Positions 56,005 through 63,443 of a stretch of DNA of 64,000 bases are shown piece after piece. The notes under the pieces are model-generated. The model searched no databases and was not told where the DNA came from. It was given only the letters and a program-made list of their open reading frames with translations. The stretch comes from Candidatus Dormiibacterota bacterium (GTDB lineage: Bacteria; Chloroflexota; Dormibacteria; Dormibacterales; Dormibacteraceae): NCBI GenBank assembly GCA_036272915.1, contig DATAXV010000112.1:22510-86509 (forward strand), written 5' to 3'. The translations under genes and the position numbers were made by a program. Positions within the stretch are counted from its first letter, which is position 1. Every line of letters starts with the position of its first letter.

Positions 56005-57411
56005 TCACTCGCCGGCAGCCTCGACCGGAGCGGGCGCAGGCCTGGGGGCGATCCGGCGGAGCACGTAGTAGAGGACCGCGGCGACGGCGAAACCGACGTA
56101 GAAGGCGATGTCGGCGCCGTGCAGCGCGCTCGCCACCGGTCCGACCACGATCGACGTGTTCATGAAGGGGACCATGGCGCCGAAGCCGACGACGAAGGCG
56201 ACCAGCGCCGGCCAGCCGCTGGCCAGGTTGCGGAAGGCCAGCGCCGAGCGCAGGAGGGAGGGGCGGTAGCGGCCCCGGCTGTAGAGCCAGTCGATCATCA
56301 CCACCGCGCTGAAGGGCGAGAGCCAGTAGCCGACGAAGAGCAGGACGTTCTCGAAGCGCGTCGAGGTGTCGCCTCCATTGATCCACATGATCGCGGCGAA
56401 GGCCACGACCACCACCGCGGCCGAGATCAGGGGCCGCTTGACCCGCGCGCCCAGGGTCTGGAGGGCAAGGGCGCCGGAGTAGTCGTTCATCGCCGAGGAG
56501 ACGATCGAGGCGAACATGATCGCCACCAGGGCCAGCCCGCTGAGCAGCCCGCCGCCCATCAGCGAGCTCACGCCGGCCGCCGTCTGGTTGGCGACGATGC
56601 TGGCCGCGGCGAGACCGATGGTCATCACCCACACATAGGAGAGGACCATGCCCGCCATGGTGTAGCCGAAGACACCCAGCGTCGAGGAGCTCGGCTTCAT
56701 GTAGCGGCTGTAGTCGGAGGCGTAGGAGGCCCAGGAGATTGCCCCGGAGAGGGCGACCGTCACCATCAGGACGAAGGCCCCGATCAGGGCGCCGCCGCTG
56801 ACGGTGTCGTGGGGCAGCGCGACGTGGTGCTGGAAGATCCGCACGGTGAGGACCAGGAAGAGGGCGATCATGACCAGCGCGCCCCACTTCTCGACCTGGT
56901 GGACCAGCTCGTAGCCGTAGATGCTGATGACACCCTCGCAGGCGAGCACGAGCAGCGCGCCCGCCCAGAAGGGGATGTGGAGGAGGAGGTGGGCGGCCTG
57001 GGCCCCGAAGAGCGCGGTGAGCGCTATCCAGCCGATGGTCGAGAACCACTGCACCACCGCCGGCAGCACCACCGACTTGCCGAACGGCATTCGCGCCAGC
57101 GGGAGCTGCCCGGTGCCGGTCTTCGGCCCCCAGGTGCAGAGGATCGCCACCGGCAGGGTCCCGAGCACGATGCCCAGGACGATGGCGACCAGGCCGAGCC
57201 CGAAGCCAAGCCCGAAGGTCACGGCGAGGGTGCCGATGAAGATCCCGGAGATCTCCATGTTGGGCGTGAACCATACGGTGAACATCCGCCAGATGCCGCC
57301 ATAGCGGCTGTCCTCGGGAATCGGCGCCATCCCCTGCGTCTCGAGGACGGTGTCGCCGGTCCGGGCCGGCCGCGCCCCCTCGTAGGCGGTGAGCTCGTCG
57401 GCGGCGCTCAC
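56005..57411 (-). CDS. NCS1 (purine-cytosine / CytX-like) permease
   Basis: Start placed at GTG 57411, overlapping the tenA-like stop as GTGA. 468 aa, 12-TMS pattern, with the WFTPNMEISG and SDYSRY motifs. The upstream part of the 644-aa track ORF is not supported. Confidence 0.85.
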   Translation of the reverse strand: MSAADELTAYEGARPARTGDTVLETQGMAPIPEDSRYGGIWRMFTVWFTPNMEISGIFIGTLAVTFGLGFGLGLVAIVLGIVLGTLPVAILCTWGPKTGTGQLPLARMPFGKSVVLPAVVQWFSTIGWIALTALFGAQAAHLLLHIPFWAGALLVLACEGVISIYGYELVHQVEKWGALVMIALFLVLTVRIFQHHVALPHDTVSGGALIGAFVLMVTVALSGAISWASYASDYSRYMKPSSSTLGVFGYTMAGMVLSYVWVMTIGLAAASIVANQTAAGVSSLMGGGLLSGLALVAIMFASIVSSAMNDYSGALALQTLGARVKRPLISAAVVVVAFAAIMWINGGDTSTRFENVLLFVGYWLSPFSAVVMIDWLYSRGRYRPSLLRSALAFRNLASGWPALVAFVVGFGAMVPFMNTSIVVGPVASALHGADIAFYVGFAVAAVLYYVLRRIAPRPAPAPVEAAGE

Positions 57412-58070
57412 TGGTGCGCCTCCAGGGCGGGCCAGCCCTCCTGGCGCCAGCACATCTCCCAGAAGGCGACCTCCCACTTGACCACGTTGCGGAAGATCGG
57501 CGCCAGACGCGCCGAGGTGGGCGCCGAGGGCGTGCCGGCAAGCTCGTCGAAGCGGTCGCAGAGGTCGCCGACCAGCTCGCGGAAGCCGGACCCGGTCCAG
57601 TTCTCCACCCAGCCGCGCCAGCGGGAATCGGGCGGGACCGAGGGCAGCACCACCGACCACGTGTCGAGGTAGGAGCGCTCGACCGCGCAGACCGCCGCCA
57701 TCCCCTCGAGCAGGCCGGAGGCGGCGCAACTCTGCACGTAGGCGCCATAGCCGAGGCAGACCGGCCACTCCTCGTCCACGACCGGCGCTCCGAGCGAGGC
57801 CAGCGTCTCCGCCAGCTGCCGGGGTTCGCGCTCCACGTCCTCGCCGAGGCGGGCGAGCAGCCGTTCGAGCTCGGGCGGCGGCGCCGACGCGCGGAGCGCC
57901 ATCAACGCCCGTCCCTCGAGCAGGCAGAAGAGCCGGCACTGCTGCGCCCAGGCGATCAGCGCCGGCTCAGGCAGGGTCCCGGCGGCCAGGCCGCGCACCC
58001 AGGGGTGACCGGCCATCGCCGCCCACAGGTCGCGGTTGCCGTCGACGAGCGTCTCCGTATAACCGCTCAT
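57408..58070 (-). CDS. tenA: TenA/PqqC-like (thiaminase II / aminopyrimidine aminohydrolase family) protein
   Basis: Start at MSGYTETL (ATG 58070). Helical protein with the HPWVRGLAAGTL N-terminal motif and a C-terminal EVAFWEM. It lies downstream of a TPP riboswitch. Confidence 0.7.
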   Translation of the reverse strand: MSGYTETLVDGNRDLWAAMAGHPWVRGLAAGTLPEPALIAWAQQCRLFCLLEGRALMALRASAPPPELERLLARLGEDVEREPRQLAETLASLGAPVVDEEWPVCLGYGAYVQSCAASGLLEGMAAVCAVERSYLDTWSVVLPSVPPDSRWRGWVENWTGSGFRELVGDLCDRFDELAGTPSAPTSARLAPIFRNVVKWEVAFWEMCWRQEGWPALEAHQ

Positions 58071-58171
58071 GGCCGGTTCCCGCCGATCGCAGACCACAGC
58101 GCGCGCGATCCTCGGGGCGGGCGCGGAGCGCGCAGGCGCGCTCCCGTATGAGCGCTGTGAGCGTCACTCAT
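58067..58171 (-). CDS. candidate 34-codon upstream ORF coupled to tenA
   Basis: ATG 58171 lies 7 nt after GGAGGA at the 3' edge of the riboswitch. The peptide is MSDAHSAHTGARLRAPRPPRGSRALWSAIGGNRP. Its TGA overlaps the tenA ATG (ATGA). Confidence 0.3.
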   Translation of the reverse strand: MSDAHSAHTGARLRAPRPPRGSRALWSAIGGNRP

Positions 58172-58268
58172 GTTCTCTTCCTCCGCCGGTTTAACCCGGA
58201 TCAGGTTCTACGGTCGGCACCTCAGCGGTGCCCTCTCAGCCCGGCTGGGCTCCCGTGGTGAGTGCAAA
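58172..58268 (-). promoter_or_regulatory. TPP (THI-box) riboswitch
   Basis: The minus strand reads GGGAGCCCAGCCGGGCUGAGAGGGCACCGCUGAGGUGCCGACCGUAGAACCUGAUCCGGGUUAAACCGGCGGAGGAAGAG. This contains the conserved CUGAGA and ACCUGAUCCGG...ACCGGCG..AGG elements. Confidence 0.85.
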
Positions 58269-58340
58269 GACTGTACCTGCCCGAGCGCCTCCGACGCGAA
58301 CGCCGCCCGCCTTGCGGCGGGCGCCACGGGGTCCGGGCGA

Positions 58341-59075
58341 TCAGCGGAAGAGGTCGCTCTCGGCGTCGCGGAGCAGCTCGCGGCCGGTGCCGGCGGGGCC
58401 TTCGTCGACGTACCCGCGGACGATGACCACGGGGACCCGGCGGGTCTTGCCGGAGACCAGTTCAGCGGCGGACGCGAGCTCATCGGCGACGGCGATGATG
58501 GTCGCGTGGAGCTCGCGGCCGTGGTCGTCGAACGACCCGCGCAGGTCCGCGAGCGGGGCCAGCCCGGCGACACCCAGAGCGACGTTGACGATGCCGGTGC
58601 GCCAGGGCCGGCCGAAGGTGTCGGAGACGATGATGGCGACCTCGCGGCCGGTGAGCTCCCGGACCCGGGCCTGGATCTCGGCAGCGCTGCGATCCGCGTC
58701 CTCGGGCAGGAGGAGCACGCTGTCCTCGCCGGGGACGTTCGACTGGTCGACGCCTGCGTTGGCGCAGACGAAGCCCTGGCGCGTCTCCACGATCAGCACC
58801 CGCTCCTGGCGGACGATGCGGACGCTCTCGTCGAGCACCACCTGGACCATGCGCGGGTCTCGATCGGTCCCCTCGGAAATGGTCGCGGCCTGCTCGCTGG
58901 GTGTGACCTCGGCGAGCTGACGGACGCGCCCCTCGGACTTGGACACGACCTTCTGAGCCACCACCAGCACGTCACCGTCCTCGACCGCGGCACACTCCAC
59001 GATCAGCTCCCCAAGATCATCCCCCTTCTCGATCTCGGGCATGCCCTCGACCGGGAGTAGGGTCAACGCGGTCAT
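58341..59075 (-). CDS. cofE: coenzyme F420:L-glutamate ligase
   Basis: Motifs VVAQKVVSKSEGR, GFVCANAGVD, DTFGRPWR and AAELV.GK. Confidence 0.85.
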   Translation of the reverse strand: MTALTLLPVEGMPEIEKGDDLGELIVECAAVEDGDVLVVAQKVVSKSEGRVRQLAEVTPSEQAATISEGTDRDPRMVQVVLDESVRIVRQERVLIVETRQGFVCANAGVDQSNVPGEDSVLLLPEDADRSAAEIQARVRELTGREVAIIVSDTFGRPWRTGIVNVALGVAGLAPLADLRGSFDDHGRELHATIIAVADELASAAELVSGKTRRVPVVIVRGYVDEGPAGTGRELLRDAESDLFR

Positions 59076-59677
59076 TTCTGTCGGGCGAGCATTGCCAGGT
59101 CGCTCGGCTCGTCCAGGTCCAGGGCGAGGGCCGGCGACTCGTGAAGGGCGAAGGCGACACCCCGCGCCCGAGCCGTGCGCTCGAACTTGCGCAGAGAGTC
59201 ATCGCCGAAGTGGAGGTCGATGATGTCGGGAGGTGCGAGGTACAGCGCGTTGGTCCCGCCCCGCCCGGTGGCGGGCGCGGCCAGGACCGCCGGGCTGCCC
59301 ATCTGCACGCCGACCTCGAGCATGTCCCCCAGCTCGGAGCTCGAGACCAGAGGCAGGTCGCTGGAGAGCAGGAGCAGGCTCGTCGCCCCCTGTGCGAGGG
59401 CATGGCTGATGCCGAGCATCGCCGCCGCGTTCTGCCCGCGCGGCTCCTCCTCGAGCAGGATGTCCGCTCCCTCCTCGCGGGCGAGGTCCGCGGCCGCCTC
59501 GCTGCCGCAGACGGCGAGGACATGACCGTTGGCGCGGGCCGCACCGAGCGCGCGGCGGGCGTTGCCCCGGGCCAGCTCTCGGCGGGCGCCGGGATCGAGC
59601 GCCGGGCGTAGCCGCTGCTTGGCGGCGGCGAAATCCTTGATCAGCACCACCAGCCAGGTGGCGTTCGAATCGCTCAT
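59072..59677 (-). CDS. cofC: 2-phospho-L-lactate / PEP guanylyltransferase (F420 biosynthesis)
   Basis: WLVVLIKDFAAAKQRL N-terminus and LLLSSDLPLV. It overlaps cofE by 4 nt. Confidence 0.8.
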   Translation of the reverse strand: MSDSNATWLVVLIKDFAAAKQRLRPALDPGARRELARGNARRALGAARANGHVLAVCGSEAAADLAREEGADILLEEEPRGQNAAAMLGISHALAQGATSLLLLSSDLPLVSSSELGDMLEVGVQMGSPAVLAAPATGRGGTNALYLAPPDIIDLHFGDDSLRKFERTARARGVAFALHESPALALDLDEPSDLAMLARQK

Positions 59678-59868
59678 CGGCGCGCCCTCGGGAAATAGCG
59701 CCGCCAGCTGAAGGCCAGGCCGGCCACCGCCGAGATGGCGACCAGGATGCCGAGCGGGACGAGGCTGCTCCAGCCACCGAGGGTGCTCACCCCGGAGAGC
59801 AGAAGCATCACCAGGAGGACCACCGCCAGCACGATCATGACCACCAGGGAGACGGCGCGGTGCTTCAT
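59674..59868 (-). CDS. small two-helix membrane protein, translationally coupled to cofC
   Basis: MKHRAVSLVVMIVLAVVLLVMLLLSG...LVPLGILVAISAVAGLAF. Its stop overlaps the cofC ATG (ATGA). Confidence 0.5.
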   Translation of the reverse strand: MKHRAVSLVVMIVLAVVLLVMLLLSGVSTLGGWSSLVPLGILVAISAVAGLAFSWRRYFPRARR

Positions 59869-59928
59869 TGCCGCCAAGCTTACCCGCGCGCCTTCGGCGG
59901 GCGGGCGCGCGCGCTAGAGTCAGCGCTC

Positions 59929-60558
59929 GTGCGGGTCATCAGACTGGCGATCACCCCTTCGACCCAGGACGTGGCCAGGCGTCTGCCCGTCGGCAGCGCC
60001 GTCGTGGCCGACCATCAGACGTCGGGCCGGGGCCGGCTCGGCCGGGCCTGGGACTCGCCACCCGGAGCCAGCCTGCTCGCCTCGTTCGTCCTCCCCTTCC
60101 GGGATCTCGCCCTCTTCGCGGCCGGCGTCGCCGCCGCCCGCGCCTGCGGTCCCGAGGTCCGCCTCAAGTGGCCCAACGACCTCTACGTCGAGGGACAGAA
60201 GCTGGCCGGCCTGCTCGCCGAGCGCCATGGCGACCGGTGCGTGGTCGGGATCGGCATCAACCTGAGCTGGGCCCCCGAGGGCGCGGCAATGCTCGATCGG
60301 GATCGCGAGGAGTTGCTCGCCGACCTCGCTGGGGAGCTGGAAGACTGGTTCGGCGCGACCGACGAGGCCATCCTCGGCGCCTGGCGGGAACGGTCGATGA
60401 CGCTCGGGTCATGGGTGCGGATCGAGCTCGACGGCGACCGGTTCGAAGGCCTGGCCGAGGCCATCGAGAACGACGGCGCGCTGATCGTCGGGGGGCGTCG
60501 GGTGACGGTCGGCGACGTGGTTCACCTCCGGCCAGCTCCACCACTCGCGGCCGGTTGA
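59929..60558 (+). CDS. birA: biotin--[acetyl-CoA-carboxylase] ligase (class I, no N-terminal HTH)
   Basis: Motifs QTSGRGRLGRAW, KWPNDLY and KLAGLLAE. Start tentatively placed at GTG 59929. Confidence 0.8.
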   Translation: MRVIRLAITPSTQDVARRLPVGSAVVADHQTSGRGRLGRAWDSPPGASLLASFVLPFRDLALFAAGVAAARACGPEVRLKWPNDLYVEGQKLAGLLAERHGDRCVVGIGINLSWAPEGAAMLDRDREELLADLAGELEDWFGATDEAILGAWRERSMTLGSWVRIELDGDRFEGLAEAIENDGALIVGGRRVTVGDVVHLRPAPPLAAG

Positions 60559-60590
60559 GCGGTTCGGCGACTATACTCGGCACCGCTCTC

Positions 60591-62150
60591 TTGACTGCGT
60601 ACGACATTCCACAGGCCCAGTACTTCGAGGATCTCCCGCTCGGCGGCGAGTGGGTTACGCGCGGCCGCACCATCACCGAGGCGGACCTCGCCTCGTACAT
60701 GGCACTGGCCGGCGACTTCAACCCTCTCTACGCCGACCGCAGCTACGCCCAGCAGGGTCCCCATCGCGGCGTGATCCTGCCCGGCGCGATGATCGCCGCC
60801 GTGGCCATGGGCCTCGGAGCGATGGATGTCCCCCTCTGCCACGCAGTGGCGCTGGTCGGTGCGACCTGGCGCTTCGTCCATCCGGCACGCGTCGGCTGCA
60901 CCGTTCGCGCCCGCTGGCGGCTGGGCATCAAGCGGCCGGTCGAGAAGCCGGAATGGGGCCTGGCCGCCTGGCAGATCGAGGTCATGGACGAGAACTGCGA
61001 GCTCATCGCGGTCGGTGAGGCGGTGCGGCTGATCGAGCGCCGGCCGACGGCGGTCCCGGAGGCCGCGCCGGCCGAGGCACCGAGCGAGCAGACGTCGAGC
61101 CGCAGGCGCCGCCGCCGTCGCTCGAGCAGCAACGGCCGCGAGACGGATCAGCAGACACCGGCGGAGCGACCGGCTTCTGCGGTCGAGCAGACACCGGCGA
61201 AGCGACCGGCTCCCGCGGCTGAGCAGACACCGGCGGAGCGACCGGCTCCCGCGGCTGAGCAGACACCAGCGGAGCGACCGGCTCCCGCAGTCGAGCAGCC
61301 ACCGGCGGAGCGACCGGCTCCCGCGGTTGAGCAGACACCCGAGCGGCCGGCCCCAGTGCCCGAACGGACGCCCGCCGAGCAGCCGGTGCCCGCTCCGGTC
61401 GCCGCACAAGCGCAGGTCCCTGCGGCCACCTCCGAGCCGTCCGCGCCCACACCTCGGCGGCGGACGCTGCGGTTTTCCGTCCACAGACAGGAGCAGGAAT
61501 CCGAGGTCACACCCGAGGCTCCTCAGGCGATGGAGTCGGCCGCCGAGCCCAGCCCGACACCTGAGGCAGAGACCCCAGCTCCGGCCGAGTCTCCTGCGCC
61601 GCGGTCGCGCCGCCGCCGCTCCAGCGGTAGATCGACCAGGACGCAGGTATCGGCCGAGGCGGCCACAGAGCCCGCACCGGCACAGCCCGTGCCACAGGGG
61701 ACTACGCCGTTGGCACAGGAGGCCGCGGCGCCGGCACCGCCCGCGGAGCCACTTTCCGCACCTGAGCCCGAGATGGCCGCCCAGCCGGCGGTCGAGGCGT
61801 CGGTGACGGAGCAGGTGGAGGCTCCACCCGCGGAGGCTGCCGTGACCGAGCCGCCCCCGACCGGGGCGAAGCCGGCTCCGCGCCGGACCACGCGGAGGCG
61901 CCGCGCCCCTGCCAAGGCCGTCGATGAGACGGCAGCGGCACCGGAGGCCGCGCTCCCCTCACCGGACGCCGCCGCTCCGACCTCCGAGGCTGCCAGCCCG
62001 GCATCGGATGCGGTCACCCCGGCCGAGGCGGCGCCCGTCGAAGCTCCAGAGACCCCGGCCGCGGAGGAGCCCAAGCCTGCTCCGCGACGCCGGCGAACTC
62101 CGGCTCGCCGCAAGCCCGTCGAGCCGACCGAGCCCCCGCCCGCCGAGTAG
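60591..62150 (+). CDS. MaoC-like (hotdog fold) dehydratase with a ~370-aa Pro/Ala/Glu-rich, Arg-cluster-containing disordered C-terminal region
   Basis: N-terminal ~150 aa carry TITEADLASYMALAGDFNPLYAD, typical of MaoC. The tail contains repeats such as EQTPAERPAPAA and clusters RRRRRRR, RSRRRR, RRTTRRRR and RRRRTPARRK. Start tentatively TTG 60591; the upstream part of the 760-aa track ORF overlaps birA out of frame. Confidence 0.7.
   Translation: MTAYDIPQAQYFEDLPLGGEWVTRGRTITEADLASYMALAGDFNPLYADRSYAQQGPHRGVILPGAMIAAVAMGLGAMDVPLCHAVALVGATWRFVHPARVGCTVRARWRLGIKRPVEKPEWGLAAWQIEVMDENCELIAVGEAVRLIERRPTAVPEAAPAEAPSEQTSSRRRRRRRSSSNGRETDQQTPAERPASAVEQTPAKRPAPAAEQTPAERPAPAAEQTPAERPAPAVEQPPAERPAPAVEQTPERPAPVPERTPAEQPVPAPVAAQAQVPAATSEPSAPTPRRRTLRFSVHRQEQESEVTPEAPQAMESAAEPSPTPEAETPAPAESPAPRSRRRRSSGRSTRTQVSAEAATEPAPAQPVPQGTTPLAQEAAAPAPPAEPLSAPEPEMAAQPAVEASVTEQVEAPPAEAAVTEPPPTGAKPAPRRTTRRRRAPAKAVDETAAAPEAALPSPDAAAPTSEAASPASDAVTPAEAAPVEAPETPAAEEPKPAPRRRRTPARRKPVEPTEPPPAE
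61149..61360 (+). repeat. 36-bp tandem repeat array inside the MaoC-tail coding region
   Basis: The unit is GAGCAGACACCGGCGGAGCGACCGGCTCCCGCGGCT. Copies start at 61149, 61185, 61221, 61257 and 61293, with a degenerate sixth from 61329. Copies differ by 0-4 nt. Confidence 0.85.
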
Positions 62151-62175
62151 GCGGCCCCGTCAGGCGCACGACCCC

Positions 62176-62968
62176 TCACTCCGAGCCGACCACCATCTCC
62201 CGCATCATCCGGCCGTTGCCGGACATGGGTCCCCCGTCGACTCCGAGCACGACGCCGGTGACTCAGGCGGCGTCATCGGAGGCGAGGAAGAGCCCCGGCC
62301 CGGCGACATCGTCCGACTCGCCACCCGGCCCCATCGGGCACCACTGCGCCATCCGCTCCATCACCTCCGGATCCCTCCGCTTCCGGCCCTCCCAGGCGGG
62401 GGTCCGGATGGTGCCGGGCGTGATCGCGTCGCAGCGCACTCCGCGAGGTCCCGTAGCGCACGGCGATCGAGTTGGTGAGGCTGATGACGCCACCTTGGCA
62501 GCGCTGTAGGCCTCATTCCCGGACATCGCCAGGCCGTTCACCGAGGTGATGTTGACGATCGAACACGAACCCTGGGCGACCATCGGCCGGAGGGCGCGCG
62601 GCAGCAGCCGTAGCCCCCGCCGCCCGGATCAACCGCCACCTCCTGCTCCCAGTCTTGGAGGCGATCCACCCGGCAGATGGCGGCGCCGTTGACGAGGACA
62701 TCGATCCGCCCGAATCGCTCGACCGTCCGCTCGACCATCGCCCCTGCTTCGTCAGGGCTGGCACACGTCGGCGGCGAACCCCTCGGCGCGACCGGGTTGT
62801 CCGGTGATCCCCGCCGCCACCTGGCCCGCCCTGTCGCCGTCCCAGTAGGCGACGAGCACGGCCGCCCCTTCGCCGGCGAGGCGGCGAGGCGGCGAAGGGG
62901 CGAACGATCACGCTGCCGATCCCGCTCGCGCCGCCCGTGACCACCACGCCTCTGTCCTTGAACCGCAT
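62176..62968 (-). pseudogene. multiply disrupted short-chain dehydrogenase/reductase gene
   Basis: SDR segments are spread over all three minus-strand frames: MRFKDRGVVVTGGASGIGS; LAGEGAAVLVAYWDGD...; DEAGAMVERTVERFGRIDVLVNGAAI; RPMVAQGSCSIVNITSVNG...YSAAK. There is also a TGA where the conserved Trp of ASDDAAWVTG is expected (62263-62265). Confidence 0.75.
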
Positions 62969-63032
62969 CTCCCGATCCTGGTGGCCGCTGGAGGTCACGC
63001 GGCCCTCCGGTGGTAGCATCTTCCCTAAGAAG

Positions 63033-63443
63033 ATGGCTTTTGCTCACAGCGAAACCCCTGAACACGTGCGGTCCACGCTAGGCGCGATCCTTCGCCGACA
63101 CCGGGAGGTCCGGGAACGCCGACTGGCTGAAGTCGCGGGTCCCGCCGGCATCTCCGTCGCCTTTCTCTCCGAGGTCGAGCGTGGGCGCAAGGAAATCTCG
63201 GTGGAGAAGCTCCTGGCCCTGTCCCGCGCGCTCGAGGTAACCATCGCCGACCTCTACCTGGAGCTGGCGCGCGAGCTCGGAGCGCGGGCCTCACTGCCCT
63301 CCTCGTGGGACGACAACCCGCGCGTGCACCTGGAAGCCGCCTGTCGCTCAATGGACCTCGACGCGCTGCGGACGGTGGCTCGCTTCTCCTCCTTCGTGGC
63401 GATGACCGAGCAGCCGCGAAGGCGGATCGGCTTCACGTCATGA
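63033..63443 (+). CDS. ClgR/PopR-like XRE-family HTH regulator
   Basis: LRRHREVRERRLAEVAGPAGISVAFLSEVERGRKEISVEKLLALSRALEVTIADL resembles the actinobacterial Clp gene regulator. Start at MAFAHSE (ATG 63033). Confidence 0.75.
   Translation: MAFAHSETPEHVRSTLGAILRRHREVRERRLAEVAGPAGISVAFLSEVERGRKEISVEKLLALSRALEVTIADLYLELARELGARASLPSSWDDNPRVHLEAACRSMDLDALRTVARFSSFVAMTEQPRRRIGFTS

Noticed and set aside
59868-60590. N-terminal 241 codons of the 760-aa ORF 59868..62150
   Set aside because: This part overlaps birA in another frame with an Arg/Pro-rich translation. The MaoC domain begins around 60591.
61149-61360. CRISPR array
   Set aside because: The 36-bp units are directly adjacent with no spacers, and lie in-frame inside a coding region where they translate to a 12-aa repeat. 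There are no cas genes in the window.
62263-62265. TGA read as Trp or Sec (recoding) in the SDR gene
   Set aside because: The same gene carries multiple frameshifts, and no SECIS-like hairpin follows the codon. TGA clearly functions as a stop in neighbouring genes. A simple nonsense mutation in a pseudogene is more parsimonious.
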